Virus record (IMG/VR): IMGVR_UViG_3300042888_000268
Reading direction: 5' to 3' (one strand)
DNA length: 64,000 nt
DNA from: an uncultured virus (IMG/VR IMGVR_UViG_3300042888_000268)
Taxonomy: Duplodnaviria > Heunggongvirae > Uroviricota > Caudoviricetes
Part shown: positions 1 to 8,917 of the stretch, piece after piece
Numbering within the stretch: the stretch's first letter is position 1
How the letters are laid out: every line of letters starts with the position of its first letter
Notes under the pieces: generated by a model
Told to the model about the DNA's origin: nothing
What the model saw: the letters and a program-made list of their open reading frames with translations, nothing else
Database searches by the model: none
Position numbers and translations under genes: made by a program

Positions 1-29
1 ACTTAGAACATGTAGAATTTGTATAATCC

Positions 30-49
30 CTACAATATAATATACGAAA
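30..49 (-). promoter_or_regulatory. Phage-specific (putative late) promoter motif, pointing left out of the window
   Basis: Minus strand reads TTTCGTATATTATATTGTAG. Its 17-nt core is identical to the copy at 59975 and similar to copies at 39551 and 54088, which each lie just upstream of a minus-strand gene. Confidence 0.6.
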
Positions 50-65
50 TATTCAGGAAATTATC

Positions 66-73
66 TACATTTG
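66..73 (+). promoter_or_regulatory. Bacteroidota-type -7 promoter box (TAnnTTTG)
   Basis: TACATTTG, 18 nt upstream of the ATG at 92. Confidence 0.55.
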
Positions 74-91
74 TGAACATAAAATCTATAT

Positions 92-583
92 ATGAACCAA
101 CAACAATACGCCAGCCGTTTAGAGAAAAAGCTTATAGACAAGTTTAAAGAAGACTTTTTTAACAAATTTGAGTACTATCCTGTGGTTTTAACCAAAATTA
201 ACCTGATTACAGATGAATCTGATAGAACTGCATTAATCAGTTTAGATGAGTTAGAATCCTATTTTACCCCATTTTTACCTATCAGGTACGATAAAGTGGT
301 GCACTTAAAGCAAAAGCTTAGAATAAGAGAAATCACTGAACTAAGGTCTATTTTCTGCTTCTTAGCTAGAAATATGAGCTATTCTCTTAAAACTATTGGA
401 GAATACCTTAACGGGAGAGACCACACTACAGTAATTCATTCAGTTAACACCTTTAAAGATTTAATTGAAACCTGCCCGGTATTTAGAGAGAAGTATCATA
501 GAGTATTAGATAATATTAAACAAATAAACAATATAACAGATGAGTCACCAATTATGGAATGTTTGCAGAAAATACAGTATTAG
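92..583 (+). CDS. DnaA C-terminal (domain IV)-like HTH DNA-binding protein
   Basis: SLKTIGEYLNGRDHTTVIHS matches the DnaA domain IV signature (SLxxIGxxFGGRDHTTVxHA). No AAA+ domain is present. Confidence 0.8.
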   Translation: MNQQQYASRLEKKLIDKFKEDFFNKFEYYPVVLTKINLITDESDRTALISLDELESYFTPFLPIRYDKVVHLKQKLRIREITELRSIFCFLARNMSYSLKTIGEYLNGRDHTTVIHSVNTFKDLIETCPVFREKYHRVLDNIKQINNITDESPIMECLQKIQY

Positions 584-1097
584 CCCTAATCAGCTGTATT
601 ATTTAGATAGTTGTAGAGAAAAAATTGTACCTAGCCAAGTTATTAATACTGAGGCTCAAAGAGTTGTATGTGAACAGAGAGGATGGATAAGCCCTGATGG
701 TAAGTTAACAGAAGGAGCATTATATATTTTAGATGAATTTGAAACATTTCTAAAGAAGACTAAGTCTAGAATTACAAAAGAAATTTTAGGTGATGATTTT
801 ATAAAAAATGTAAATGAATACAGGGAAATGTTTCCTGCTAACAGACTGCCTTCTAAAGAGTTAGGTAGACAAATGCCTGCTGAGCTTACAAAGAAGTTTG
901 TAGAGTTCTTTAAGAAGTACCCCCAATATGATTGGGAATTAGTTTTGGATGCAACGGATTATTACGTAAATTACTATAAGAAGCTAGACTATAAATTTAT
1001 GGCTACTAGTAGTTATTTTATACTTAAAAATGACACGTCTAAATTAGCAGACACTTGTCAAGCTATATTAGATGACCCTAAAATATTAAATATTTAA
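540..1097 (+). CDS. Hypothetical replication-associated protein (possible initiator or helicase loader)
   Basis: 185-aa ORF between the DnaA-like gene and the helicase; function inferred from position only. Confidence 0.5.
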   Translation: MSHQLWNVCRKYSISPNQLYYLDSCREKIVPSQVINTEAQRVVCEQRGWISPDGKLTEGALYILDEFETFLKKTKSRITKEILGDDFIKNVNEYREMFPANRLPSKELGRQMPAELTKKFVEFFKKYPQYDWELVLDATDYYVNYYKKLDYKFMATSSYFILKNDTSKLADTCQAILDDPKILNI

Positions 1098-1175
1098 AAA
1101 TAATTTAAATATTTTTTGGAAGTTATAAACACATTTATTAACTTCACATCCCTCAAAATTACAAAAACACAGTGT

Positions 1176-1379
1176 ATGACAGATTATGAAAAAGAGATAG
1201 AAGATAAATTCTATCAAGTTACTATTCCTCTTAATGAGAAGAAATCAATCTACGGAATTAGTTTAGATGGTTTTAAATTAGCTGTTAATAATTTAATGAC
1301 TAAAGCTGTTCTAGAAGGAAAGATAGAAACATTAAATGAAGTTAGAGTGGATCTTAAGAACATTGTAACCACTTTATAA
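1176..1379 (+). CDS. Hypothetical protein
   Basis: Likely start MTDYEK at 1176; stop overlaps the helicase ATG. Confidence 0.55.
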   Translation: MTDYEKEIEDKFYQVTIPLNEKKSIYGISLDGFKLAVNNLMTKAVLEGKIETLNEVRVDLKNIVTTL

Positions 1380-2434
1380 TGTCAGAAAAGAAAGAAAGAC
1401 TTTACGGTGCTAGAAAGTATTCAGAAATCTTAACAGAGACTGCTAAATACGTAGATGATAGACGTAAAGGAAACATTAAATCTTTACTAACACCTTGGCC
1501 TGGGCTTAACAAAGCTGGTGTCAACGGTATAGAATGGGGCTCTCTTATTACAATTGGTGCAAGACCTGGTGCTGGTAAGACACTTATTGTAAGTCAGATT
1601 TTAAGAGAAGCTCGTAAGTTAAATCCTGGACAAGACTTTAACATCTTAGAGTTCCAATTTGAAATGGGAGCTAAACAGTCAGGCTCTAGAGCTTTTGCTG
1701 CAGAGACTGCTCTTGACTATAATCAAATCTTAAGTACTACACAAGCTCTTGATGACTATAGTTATAATCTATTATTAAAGTATATTAAAGAGACTGAATT
1801 ACTAGAGAGTCAAGGTATACATAGATTACAAATAAATAATCCTATTAACAATAGAGAGATAGTAGATGCTATTAAACAATTTTATGTTGCTCTTGGTAGC
1901 AAGCCGTTAATAGTGACTATTGACCATAGCTGGTTAATTAAAAAAGCACCAGATGAGAAAGAAAAGATTGCTACATTGTACAACACTGTAGAAGCCTTAA
2001 TGCAAGTTAAGAAAGAACTTCCTGTCATCATATTTATGGTCACACAACTTAACCGTACAATTGATGAGCCGTCAAGAAAGGAGCCAGGTAAAATTGGTAA
2101 CTATCCTGTATCATCAGATGTATTTGGTGGTGACGCTCTTATGCAAGGATCAGATATGCTAGTAGCATTAAACAATCCTCATAAAGCAAACATTCCTTTA
2201 TATGGACCTAAAGAGTATGATGCTAAAAAGAATCATATTTTTATGCACTTACTTAAAGTGAGAAACGGATCTGATGATAATAACTTACTATTCATGGATG
2301 CTAATTTCAATAGACAGAAATTAATAGAAGTGGCAGAGTTTGACTCTCAGAATCCAACAGGTACATATCAAAGACGTTCAGCTAGAAATCAAACAGCTGG
2401 ACAGCAATTTACAACAAATCAATTTCAACCTTAA
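1379..2434 (+). CDS. DnaB-like SF4 replicative helicase
   Basis: Walker A GARPGAGKT, FEM motif, Walker B-like VTIDH, QLNR motif and KVRNG arginine-finger region. Confidence 0.9.
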   Translation: MSEKKERLYGARKYSEILTETAKYVDDRRKGNIKSLLTPWPGLNKAGVNGIEWGSLITIGARPGAGKTLIVSQILREARKLNPGQDFNILEFQFEMGAKQSGSRAFAAETALDYNQILSTTQALDDYSYNLLLKYIKETELLESQGIHRLQINNPINNREIVDAIKQFYVALGSKPLIVTIDHSWLIKKAPDEKEKIATLYNTVEALMQVKKELPVIIFMVTQLNRTIDEPSRKEPGKIGNYPVSSDVFGGDALMQGSDMLVALNNPHKANIPLYGPKEYDAKKNHIFMHLLKVRNGSDDNNLLFMDANFNRQKLIEVAEFDSQNPTGTYQRRSARNQTAGQQFTTNQFQP

Positions 2435-2447
2435 CAAAAAACAGATT

Positions 2448-3041
2448 ATGTCAGATTTTAATTTTTTACAGTCTGCTGATGAGCAGAAAAAAGAATGGAA
2501 GCGTAGTAAGCTTGAAGCTGTACGATCCCATCATAAAACATTAATAGAAGATCTTGGTATTAGTATCACAGACTTCAATATGAAAATGCCCTTCCATGAT
2601 AAATCAGGAAGATTAGTAGTAGGTATCTTTTCATCAGAGTTTAAGAAAGAAAAAGGTTTCTATTTTGAATTAGTTACTAGAGAGCTAGACCCTGCAGACG
2701 TTAAACGTACAGTGTATAGAATCCCTTACAATGCAGCTTTTGAAGAAGAGTATGAATTAAATGAGAAAGGTTCTTATTTAGTCCCTATTGAACAACTAAG
2801 ATCTGTTAATCCTCAGTCTATTGCTATTAGTAAATATGCAGCAGTTGAGAGTACACAGAACATCTTTACAACAAATGCTAACCCGTCTTTAAAAGACATG
2901 CCTATGTATCCAGCACCTGCTTCTATGGATTCATCAGATGCTCCGTATAGTGAGATGACTATTAGAGATTACTATGCTATTCATACAGGTAAGCCTGTAA
3001 GTAGTAAGAATTGGTTAAACGAGCTTATAAAATCTAAATAA
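2448..3041 (+). CDS. Hypothetical protein of the replication module
   Basis: Likely start MSDFNF at 2448, just after the helicase stop; C-terminal MTIRDYYAI motif. Confidence 0.6.
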   Translation: MSDFNFLQSADEQKKEWKRSKLEAVRSHHKTLIEDLGISITDFNMKMPFHDKSGRLVVGIFSSEFKKEKGFYFELVTRELDPADVKRTVYRIPYNAAFEEEYELNEKGSYLVPIEQLRSVNPQSIAISKYAAVESTQNIFTTNANPSLKDMPMYPAPASMDSSDAPYSEMTIRDYYAIHTGKPVSSKNWLNELIKSK

Positions 3042-3058
3042 CAAATAATAACAATCAC

Positions 3059-3742
3059 ATGGCACAAGGAGTATTAATTATTGCAGAGTCCGGTGCAGGT
3101 AAGTCTACAGCTATTGAGACCCTGGACCCGAAAGAAACCTTCATCATTAATGTGGCTAACAAACCGTTACCCTTTAAAGGATGGAAAGCAAAGTATTCTA
3201 TATGGTCTAAAGACAATCCTACAGGTAATATGTATGATAAGTCTAGCACCCAGAATATTTATGCAGCATTACAGTATGTAAATGACAAGCGTCCTGAAAT
3301 CAAAACCATAGTGGTAGATGATTTTCAGTACATGAGCTCTTTTGAGTTCTTTGAAAGAGTAGACGAGAAAGGTTATGAGAAGTTCACTCAGATCGGTGCA
3401 GGTTTAGCTCGTATAGCTAGAATGCCTAAAGACTTGAGAGAAGACTTAACCGTATTCTTCTTAACTCATGCAGAAGAATCTACTGATATGGATGGTAAAC
3501 GTAAATTAAAAGCAAAGACTATTGGTAAAATGGTTGATGAAAAGCTTACTTTAGAGGGATTATTCTCTATAGTGCTTTACGGTAAAGTGAAGAAAGGAAA
3601 AGATGATGTAATTAGATATGTTTTTGAAACTCAGACTACAGGTGATAACACATGTAAATCACCTAAAGGAATGTTTGATACCTTTGAGATAGCAAACGAT
3701 TTAGGTTTAGTAAAGAAAGCAATCACAGATTTTGAAAATTAG
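3059..3742 (+). CDS. AAA_24/Sak4-like ATPase (putative recombinase)
   Basis: Walker A AESGAGKST, Walker B IVVDD, FLTH and KSPKGMF motifs typical of phage Sak4-like ATPases. Confidence 0.8.
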   Translation: MAQGVLIIAESGAGKSTAIETLDPKETFIINVANKPLPFKGWKAKYSIWSKDNPTGNMYDKSSTQNIYAALQYVNDKRPEIKTIVVDDFQYMSSFEFFERVDEKGYEKFTQIGAGLARIARMPKDLREDLTVFFLTHAEESTDMDGKRKLKAKTIGKMVDEKLTLEGLFSIVLYGKVKKGKDDVIRYVFETQTTGDNTCKSPKGMFDTFEIANDLGLVKKAITDFEN

Positions 3743-3773
3743 TTGAACGTTTAACATTTATAAAACAAACAGT

Positions 3774-4385
3774 ATGTTTAGTACAAAAGGACAAGAAGTA
3801 AAACAAGGTGGTGGAGTACAGAAGTCTCTACAACCAGGAGTAAATTATGCACACATCTTTAGTGCATCAGTAAGAGAATCTAAAAATACAGGTAAAAAAG
3901 CTCTGGAATTAGTTTTAGAGGGACCTGTATTAGAAAACTTTGAGGGGTGGACTATAGAAAAAGGTAATGAGAATGGCCCTAAATTCACAGGCCAATCTGC
4001 TAGAGTGTCTGCAAGTATGTGGATTGATTCTTATAATGAGACGAGTCCGTCTAAAAATGAGATTATGAACAAGCTTAGCATTATTGCTGTAGAATTAGGT
4101 TTAAAAGATGAGTTAGATACTATCAGTGCATCTAGTATTGAAGACTGGGTTGCTCAAGTAGCTAAGTTATTAAAAGGAAAGAATTTATATTTCTTCCTTA
4201 AAGCTCAAGAAGAAGAGTACAATGGTAAAACAATTGTTAAGTTATCACTTCCTAAGTTTAAATTTGCAAACGCAGATGAAAATAAATTAGAGAAGTTTGA
4301 TAAGAACAATCAATATCATTACAAAGCTTTACAGACTAAGCCAGTATCTGGTTTTGAGCCTGTAAACGAAGATTTTAACATGTAA
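3774..4385 (+). CDS. Putative single-stranded DNA-binding protein
   Basis: Follows the Sak4-like gene; beta-rich sequence with an acidic/aromatic tail (VNEDFNM). Confidence 0.5.
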   Translation: MFSTKGQEVKQGGGVQKSLQPGVNYAHIFSASVRESKNTGKKALELVLEGPVLENFEGWTIEKGNENGPKFTGQSARVSASMWIDSYNETSPSKNEIMNKLSIIAVELGLKDELDTISASSIEDWVAQVAKLLKGKNLYFFLKAQEEEYNGKTIVKLSLPKFKFANADENKLEKFDKNNQYHYKALQTKPVSGFEPVNEDFNM

Positions 4386-4410
4386 AGTCTTTCTTTCATA
4401 TACATTCTGA

Positions 4411-4442
4411 GGGGGGAGTTTCTACTCTCCCCAATTTTTTTT
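4411..4442 (+). terminator. Intrinsic terminator
   Basis: GGGGGGAGT-TTCT-ACTCTCCCC 9-bp stem (one G-U) followed by AA and T8. Confidence 0.75.
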
Positions 4443-4454
4443 AAATTCTTAGCT

Positions 4455-5423
4455 ATGTTTAAAACTAAAAATCTGGTACATGATATAAAGGATGTACCAA
4501 CACCTTGGGTATTTGAACATTTTTGCAAACTGAAAGAAAAGTTAGCTGGTGAAGATGTAAAAATTAAAAGCTTATTTAATAGTAAAGAACGCACGCCAAG
4601 CATGTGTATATACTTTGATGCAAAAGTTAAAGTGTATAAGTATAAAGATTTCTCTACAGGTAAGGGGGGCTCAGCTATAGATCTTGTAAAAGATATCTAT
4701 GACTTACCATATCATAAAGCCTGCAATCTAATTGTAGAGCAATATAATGATTATGTTCTCCATAACAATGGAGGATACGACGTAAAGGAATTTAAAGAGC
4801 AGTCTAAGTATAAAGTACATAGTTATATTTTTAGACCATGGACTACTCAAGATCAATACTTCTGGACCCAGTTTAATATTGGATCTAAATTACTAGATGA
4901 GTATTGCGTAAAACCCCTATCATATTACACTATGATAAAGGACGGTAAAGAATTAGTAATTAGTGGAAACTACATCTATGGGTATTTTACCAAAGGCGGG
5001 GAGCTATATAAAATCTACCAACCTAAAACATCAGATAAAAAGTTTCTAAAAATTAAAGACCATTTACAGGGAGAGCAGCATCTAGAGCAGAATGATTATT
5101 TAATTATTCTGTCCAGTCTTAAAGATATGATGTCTCTGAAGTCTCTTAAGCTTTCTAATATAAATGTAGTAGCTCCAGATAGTGAGAACTCTATGATTAA
5201 AAGAGACACTATGGAGCAATTTATAAAAGATTATAAGAAGGTGATAGTAATGTTTGATAATGACGATGCAGGTATTAAAGCTATGGAGAAGTATAAAACT
5301 ACTTATCCTGCAGTGGAAATCCTTCTTCTTCCTATGAGTAAAGACTTGTCTGACTCAATAAAAGACAATGGAGCTAAAGCTGTTAGAGACAGATTGGTTC
5401 CATTAATAAATAAAAAATTATAA
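4455..5423 (+). CDS. DNA primase (degenerate CHC2-like N-terminus plus TOPRIM)
   Basis: ERTPS...YKDFSTGKGG N-terminal region and TOPRIM DxD motif MFDNDDAG, followed by KDLSD. Confidence 0.85.
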   Translation: MFKTKNLVHDIKDVPTPWVFEHFCKLKEKLAGEDVKIKSLFNSKERTPSMCIYFDAKVKVYKYKDFSTGKGGSAIDLVKDIYDLPYHKACNLIVEQYNDYVLHNNGGYDVKEFKEQSKYKVHSYIFRPWTTQDQYFWTQFNIGSKLLDEYCVKPLSYYTMIKDGKELVISGNYIYGYFTKGGELYKIYQPKTSDKKFLKIKDHLQGEQHLEQNDYLIILSSLKDMMSLKSLKLSNINVVAPDSENSMIKRDTMEQFIKDYKKVIVMFDNDDAGIKAMEKYKTTYPAVEILLLPMSKDLSDSIKDNGAKAVRDRLVPLINKKL

Positions 5424-5815
5424 TGGCAACTAGAAAGAAACCTGTTAAAAAAACAAGTAGAGTTCCTAAAACTAGAAATGCGGGAACTATGACTGAATCA
5501 GCTTTTTGGTCATTCATACGTAGTGCCCTTAGACAGAAGTCTAGGTGGTGGAAACCTATTACAGAATGTAAAATGAAAGCTCGTAGGCCCTACAAGGGAC
5601 CTAACAAGAGACAGAAGTTTGAATACTTATGTAATAGTTGTAAGACATGGTTTCCTGATAAACAAATTAATGTGGACCATATTGTAGGAGCAGGTAGTTT
5701 AAACTGTGGGCAGGACCTTCCCGGATTTGTGGACAGGCTCTTCTGTGAACAAGATAATCTACAAGTGTTATGTACAACATGTCACGATCATAAAACAAAA
5801 TTAGAAAAGAAATAA
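5423..5815 (+). CDS. HNH endonuclease
   Basis: CNSC...VDHI...NLQVLCTTCHDHKT. Confidence 0.85.
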   Translation: MATRKKPVKKTSRVPKTRNAGTMTESAFWSFIRSALRQKSRWWKPITECKMKARRPYKGPNKRQKFEYLCNSCKTWFPDKQINVDHIVGAGSLNCGQDLPGFVDRLFCEQDNLQVLCTTCHDHKTKLEKK

Positions 5816-5816
5816 C

Positions 5817-6044
5817 ATGGCAATTTATAACAATGACATAGATCCAAACGTTAACGATTGGAATAAGTCAGAAGATGCAAAAGTATCTAGAGAGCAATTA
5901 GCTGCTGAATTAAAAAACTGTAATGATCTAATTAAAGAGTTAGTAGCTCTCCTTGAATATGAGGAAGCTATGACTGTAGATCCTAGATCTCAGCAAAAGA
6001 TGAGTGCTAAACTTATAGAACTAGGATTATGGCCAAGCAGATAA
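5817..6044 (+). CDS. Hypothetical protein
   Basis: Tightly packed 75-aa ORF within the operon. Confidence 0.6.
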   Translation: MAIYNNDIDPNVNDWNKSEDAKVSREQLAAELKNCNDLIKELVALLEYEEAMTVDPRSQQKMSAKLIELGLWPSR

Positions 6045-6472
6045 CTACAGAAGAAATAATAGCCAAGTATCCAAAGATATTTGAAGACTATCAGGGTAAT
6101 CCCGGCAGGGTTAACTGGCATGGTGTACCAGAAGGCTGGTTACCAATTATAGATAAACTATGTGATTGTATGCAATGGTATATAGATCATCATGTTAAAC
6201 ATACAAAAGAAGGGCAGTATAAACCAGCTCAAGTTACATGTACACAAATGAAAGAAAAGTTTGGAGGACTACGCTTCTATACAAATGGACATGATGAAGT
6301 GGTAGAAGGTATGATTAAGATGGCTGAAAGTATGTGTGATGACAAATGTCAAGACTGTGGATCAGAAGAAGACCTAGGTGTAACATCAGGTTGGATAACT
6401 GTTCTATGTAGAAATTGTGTAATAGCTCATGGTGATAGAGCCATGGGAGTTTGGAAACCTAAAAATTTATAG
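6029..6472 (+). CDS. Conserved phage hypothetical protein with C-terminal Zn ribbon
   Basis: GWLPII...QMKEKFGGLRFY...CQDCG...GWITVLCRNC, a motif set recurrent in uncharacterised phage proteins. Confidence 0.7.
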   Translation: MAKQITTEEIIAKYPKIFEDYQGNPGRVNWHGVPEGWLPIIDKLCDCMQWYIDHHVKHTKEGQYKPAQVTCTQMKEKFGGLRFYTNGHDEVVEGMIKMAESMCDDKCQDCGSEEDLGVTSGWITVLCRNCVIAHGDRAMGVWKPKNL

Positions 6473-6473
6473 T

Positions 6474-6812
6474 ATGGCAGATATAGATCAAGAAATAGAC
6501 CACAACTCAGCATTTAGAAAATGGATGGAAGATCCAGAAACTCAAAGAATGCAGGAAGAAGCTCAAAAGCAGTGGCAAGAAGAGAAACAAAAGTTAAAAG
6601 ATGATCTTACACCAGACATGGTTAATGACATTAGAGAATGGCGTTGTGTAGAAGACTACACCTGGAGAGCAATAGCTACAGCTTTTTACGAAAAGTATAA
6701 AGACTTCAGTTACTCTCACAGTATAATACCAAGTAATCAAATTGACGGTATGATGATTTGTGGTGTTGCACAAGATTTATTAAAACAAGAAAACTCAGAA
6801 GGATGGAATTAG
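6474..6812 (+). CDS. Hypothetical protein
   Basis: Likely start MADIDQ at 6474, immediately after the upstream stop. Confidence 0.6.
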   Translation: MADIDQEIDHNSAFRKWMEDPETQRMQEEAQKQWQEEKQKLKDDLTPDMVNDIREWRCVEDYTWRAIATAFYEKYKDFSYSHSIIPSNQIDGMMICGVAQDLLKQENSEGWN

Positions 6813-7831
6813 AATCATTAATGGAAGAGACAGTCATCAAATTACAAGATGACTTTTATAGTAAGAAGTTTAGCTTCTCTTATAGTAGCTTGAATAAGCT
6901 TATGTGGAACCCTGCAGTGTTTTATCAGATGTATGTTCTAGGTAATAAAGAAGAACGTACTGATGCTCACTTAGTACAAGGTAAGATTATTCACGCTCTT
7001 CTTTTAGAAGAAGAAAAGTTTAATGACCAGTTCGTTATTAGCCCCGGCAAACTTCCAGGTGATAATATCAAGATAATAGTTGACAGAGTGTACAGTCATC
7101 ATGTAGAAATATCTAAAGATGGTGACACTCGTACTAATTTAGAAGAGTTTGACGGTGCAATACTAGATGTAATGAAAGATATTAATTATTTTCAGAACCT
7201 GAAGACCGATCAACAGCGTGTAGAAAAAGTGATTACACTAGAAGCTACTAACTATTGGGCATTTCTTAAGATTAAAGGAGCTAAGACTCTGATTGATCAA
7301 GAGACATATGACTATTGTAAGAGTGCAGTGGACTTAATTAAGACTAACAAATCTATTTGTGAGCTAATTGGTTGTGATTTAAATGATTTTAGTAATGTAG
7401 AAGTGCATAACGAATTGCCTTTACAAATAGAATTATTAAATCAGCCTTTTGGACTTAAAGGAATTATAGATAATCTAGTTATAGATCATGATAAAAAGAC
7501 TATATTTGTCAACGATATCAAGACTACAAGTAAAGACTTAAAAGACTTTCCTGAAACTATTGAATTCTATTCCTACTGGATGCAAGCTGCAGCGTATATT
7601 GCAATGGTTGCTACAGTGTATAAAGAATTGATAGACAAAGGATATAATATTAATTTCCACTTTGTAGTTATAGATAAAGCATTTCAAACATATGCTTTCC
7701 CTGTATCTAGTACAACACTAAACAAATGGGGAAATAGATTGTTTGAAGTGATAGATAAAGCCAGCTGGCATTATAACAATAAAAACTACGAGTTACCTTA
7801 TGATTTTGCAACAGGTTCCGTAGTTTTGTAA
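6803..7831 (+). CDS. PD-(D/E)XK exonuclease (RecE/DUF3799-like)
   Basis: SYSSL, GKIIHALLLE, KGIIDNL...NDIKTT and YWMQAAAY motifs; likely start MELESL at 6803. Confidence 0.85.
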   Translation: MELESLMEETVIKLQDDFYSKKFSFSYSSLNKLMWNPAVFYQMYVLGNKEERTDAHLVQGKIIHALLLEEEKFNDQFVISPGKLPGDNIKIIVDRVYSHHVEISKDGDTRTNLEEFDGAILDVMKDINYFQNLKTDQQRVEKVITLEATNYWAFLKIKGAKTLIDQETYDYCKSAVDLIKTNKSICELIGCDLNDFSNVEVHNELPLQIELLNQPFGLKGIIDNLVIDHDKKTIFVNDIKTTSKDLKDFPETIEFYSYWMQAAAYIAMVATVYKELIDKGYNINFHFVVIDKAFQTYAFPVSSTTLNKWGNRLFEVIDKASWHYNNKNYELPYDFATGSVVL

Positions 7832-7842
7832 AGAAAAAAAAT

Positions 7843-8403
7843 ATGATAGAAAATCTTTATGGGAAGTATTTTCAAAAATCACGATCTTTTTTATATCCAG
7901 CTCTTGGTATTAGACGTTCTAGTAACATTAGTCCAACAGGGACCTATCTTTCTCTTGAGGGGAAGATAGATCCTGAGGATATGAGATTGGTAGTGGTATA
8001 TAAAGTTACTAAAGATGAAGGGTTTAAGGTGTTTGAAAAACAAATGCTACTTACTAATCCTTTATTTGACAGTAAAATAGATGTAAAAGAATACAGTCTT
8101 TATATATTTAATTTTGAGATATATAAAGATGACTGGTTCAACTTCTTATTAGGAAAATATTCTAAACTATCAAATGTTTTAAAAAGAGCTATTAAAACAT
8201 ATTATGGTGAAAGCTCTTCAGAGTATAAGTATATGGATACTTATTTGTATCCTGAAAAGTATCACGGTGTATACTCTAAGTTATTAGATGTAGACATAGA
8301 TACTATAAAGACTACCAAGGAATTATGTAACCCGTGTGATTTAGAAAAAGAAACTTTAAAAATTCCTATAGAAGATACACAATTATTAGAAAAGACTACT
8401 TAA
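7843..8403 (+). CDS. Hypothetical protein
   Basis: 186-aa ORF between the nuclease and PolB. Confidence 0.65.
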   Translation: MIENLYGKYFQKSRSFLYPALGIRRSSNISPTGTYLSLEGKIDPEDMRLVVVYKVTKDEGFKVFEKQMLLTNPLFDSKIDVKEYSLYIFNFEIYKDDWFNFLLGKYSKLSNVLKRAIKTYYGESSSEYKYMDTYLYPEKYHGVYSKLLDVDIDTIKTTKELCNPCDLEKETLKIPIEDTQLLEKTT

Positions 8404-8408
8404 CTTTG
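8401..8408 (+). promoter_or_regulatory. Bacteroidota-type -7 box
   Basis: TAACTTTG, 15 nt upstream of the ATG at 8424. Confidence 0.45.
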
Positions 8409-8423
8409 TAAAAAACAAACAAT

Positions 8424-8825
8424 ATGAATAAATCAATGATGTTAATTACATCCGTATGGGGAAGTAAAAAGACATTTAAATTAATCCCTGTAACATCAGA
8501 CTCCCCTTATAACGAGGCTATCTTTGACGTAGATAATAAAGTGCTAGCAGTTATATCAAAACAGAAAAAAGAATCATTACATATGCTTGCTAAGCTTAAT
8601 GAATTTGGAGATCCTCAGACAATGAAGATCGGCAGAAGAGCTAATGGTAAAGACTATGCTGAAGAACGTAAGACACTAGAGACTTTCTATGAATACTATG
8701 TAGAAAACGTTCCTGAGGTAGAAAACTTTATTAATATGTTTGCTATTAATGCAGACAGCTTTGATTATAAGAAATACTTTGTAGAAGAGAAACCAGCTAC
8801 GCCTAGTAGCATCGTGACCGTATAG
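8424..8825 (+). CDS. Hypothetical protein
   Basis: 133-aa ORF followed by a terminator hairpin. Confidence 0.65.
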   Translation: MNKSMMLITSVWGSKKTFKLIPVTSDSPYNEAIFDVDNKVLAVISKQKKESLHMLAKLNEFGDPQTMKIGRRANGKDYAEERKTLETFYEYYVENVPEVENFINMFAINADSFDYKKYFVEEKPATPSSIVTV

Positions 8826-8848
8826 ACTAACCCAAACAAAAACTGGAT

Positions 8849-8874
8849 AAGGGAAGAGAAATCTTCCCTTTTTT
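8849..8874 (+). terminator. Intrinsic terminator
   Basis: AAGGGAAGA-GAAA-TCTTCCCTT perfect stem with a GNRA loop, running into a T-tract. Confidence 0.8.
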
Positions 8875-8917
8875 CAGCTTCAATAACAAGGGGGGACAGC
8901 TTAACTGAACCATATAT

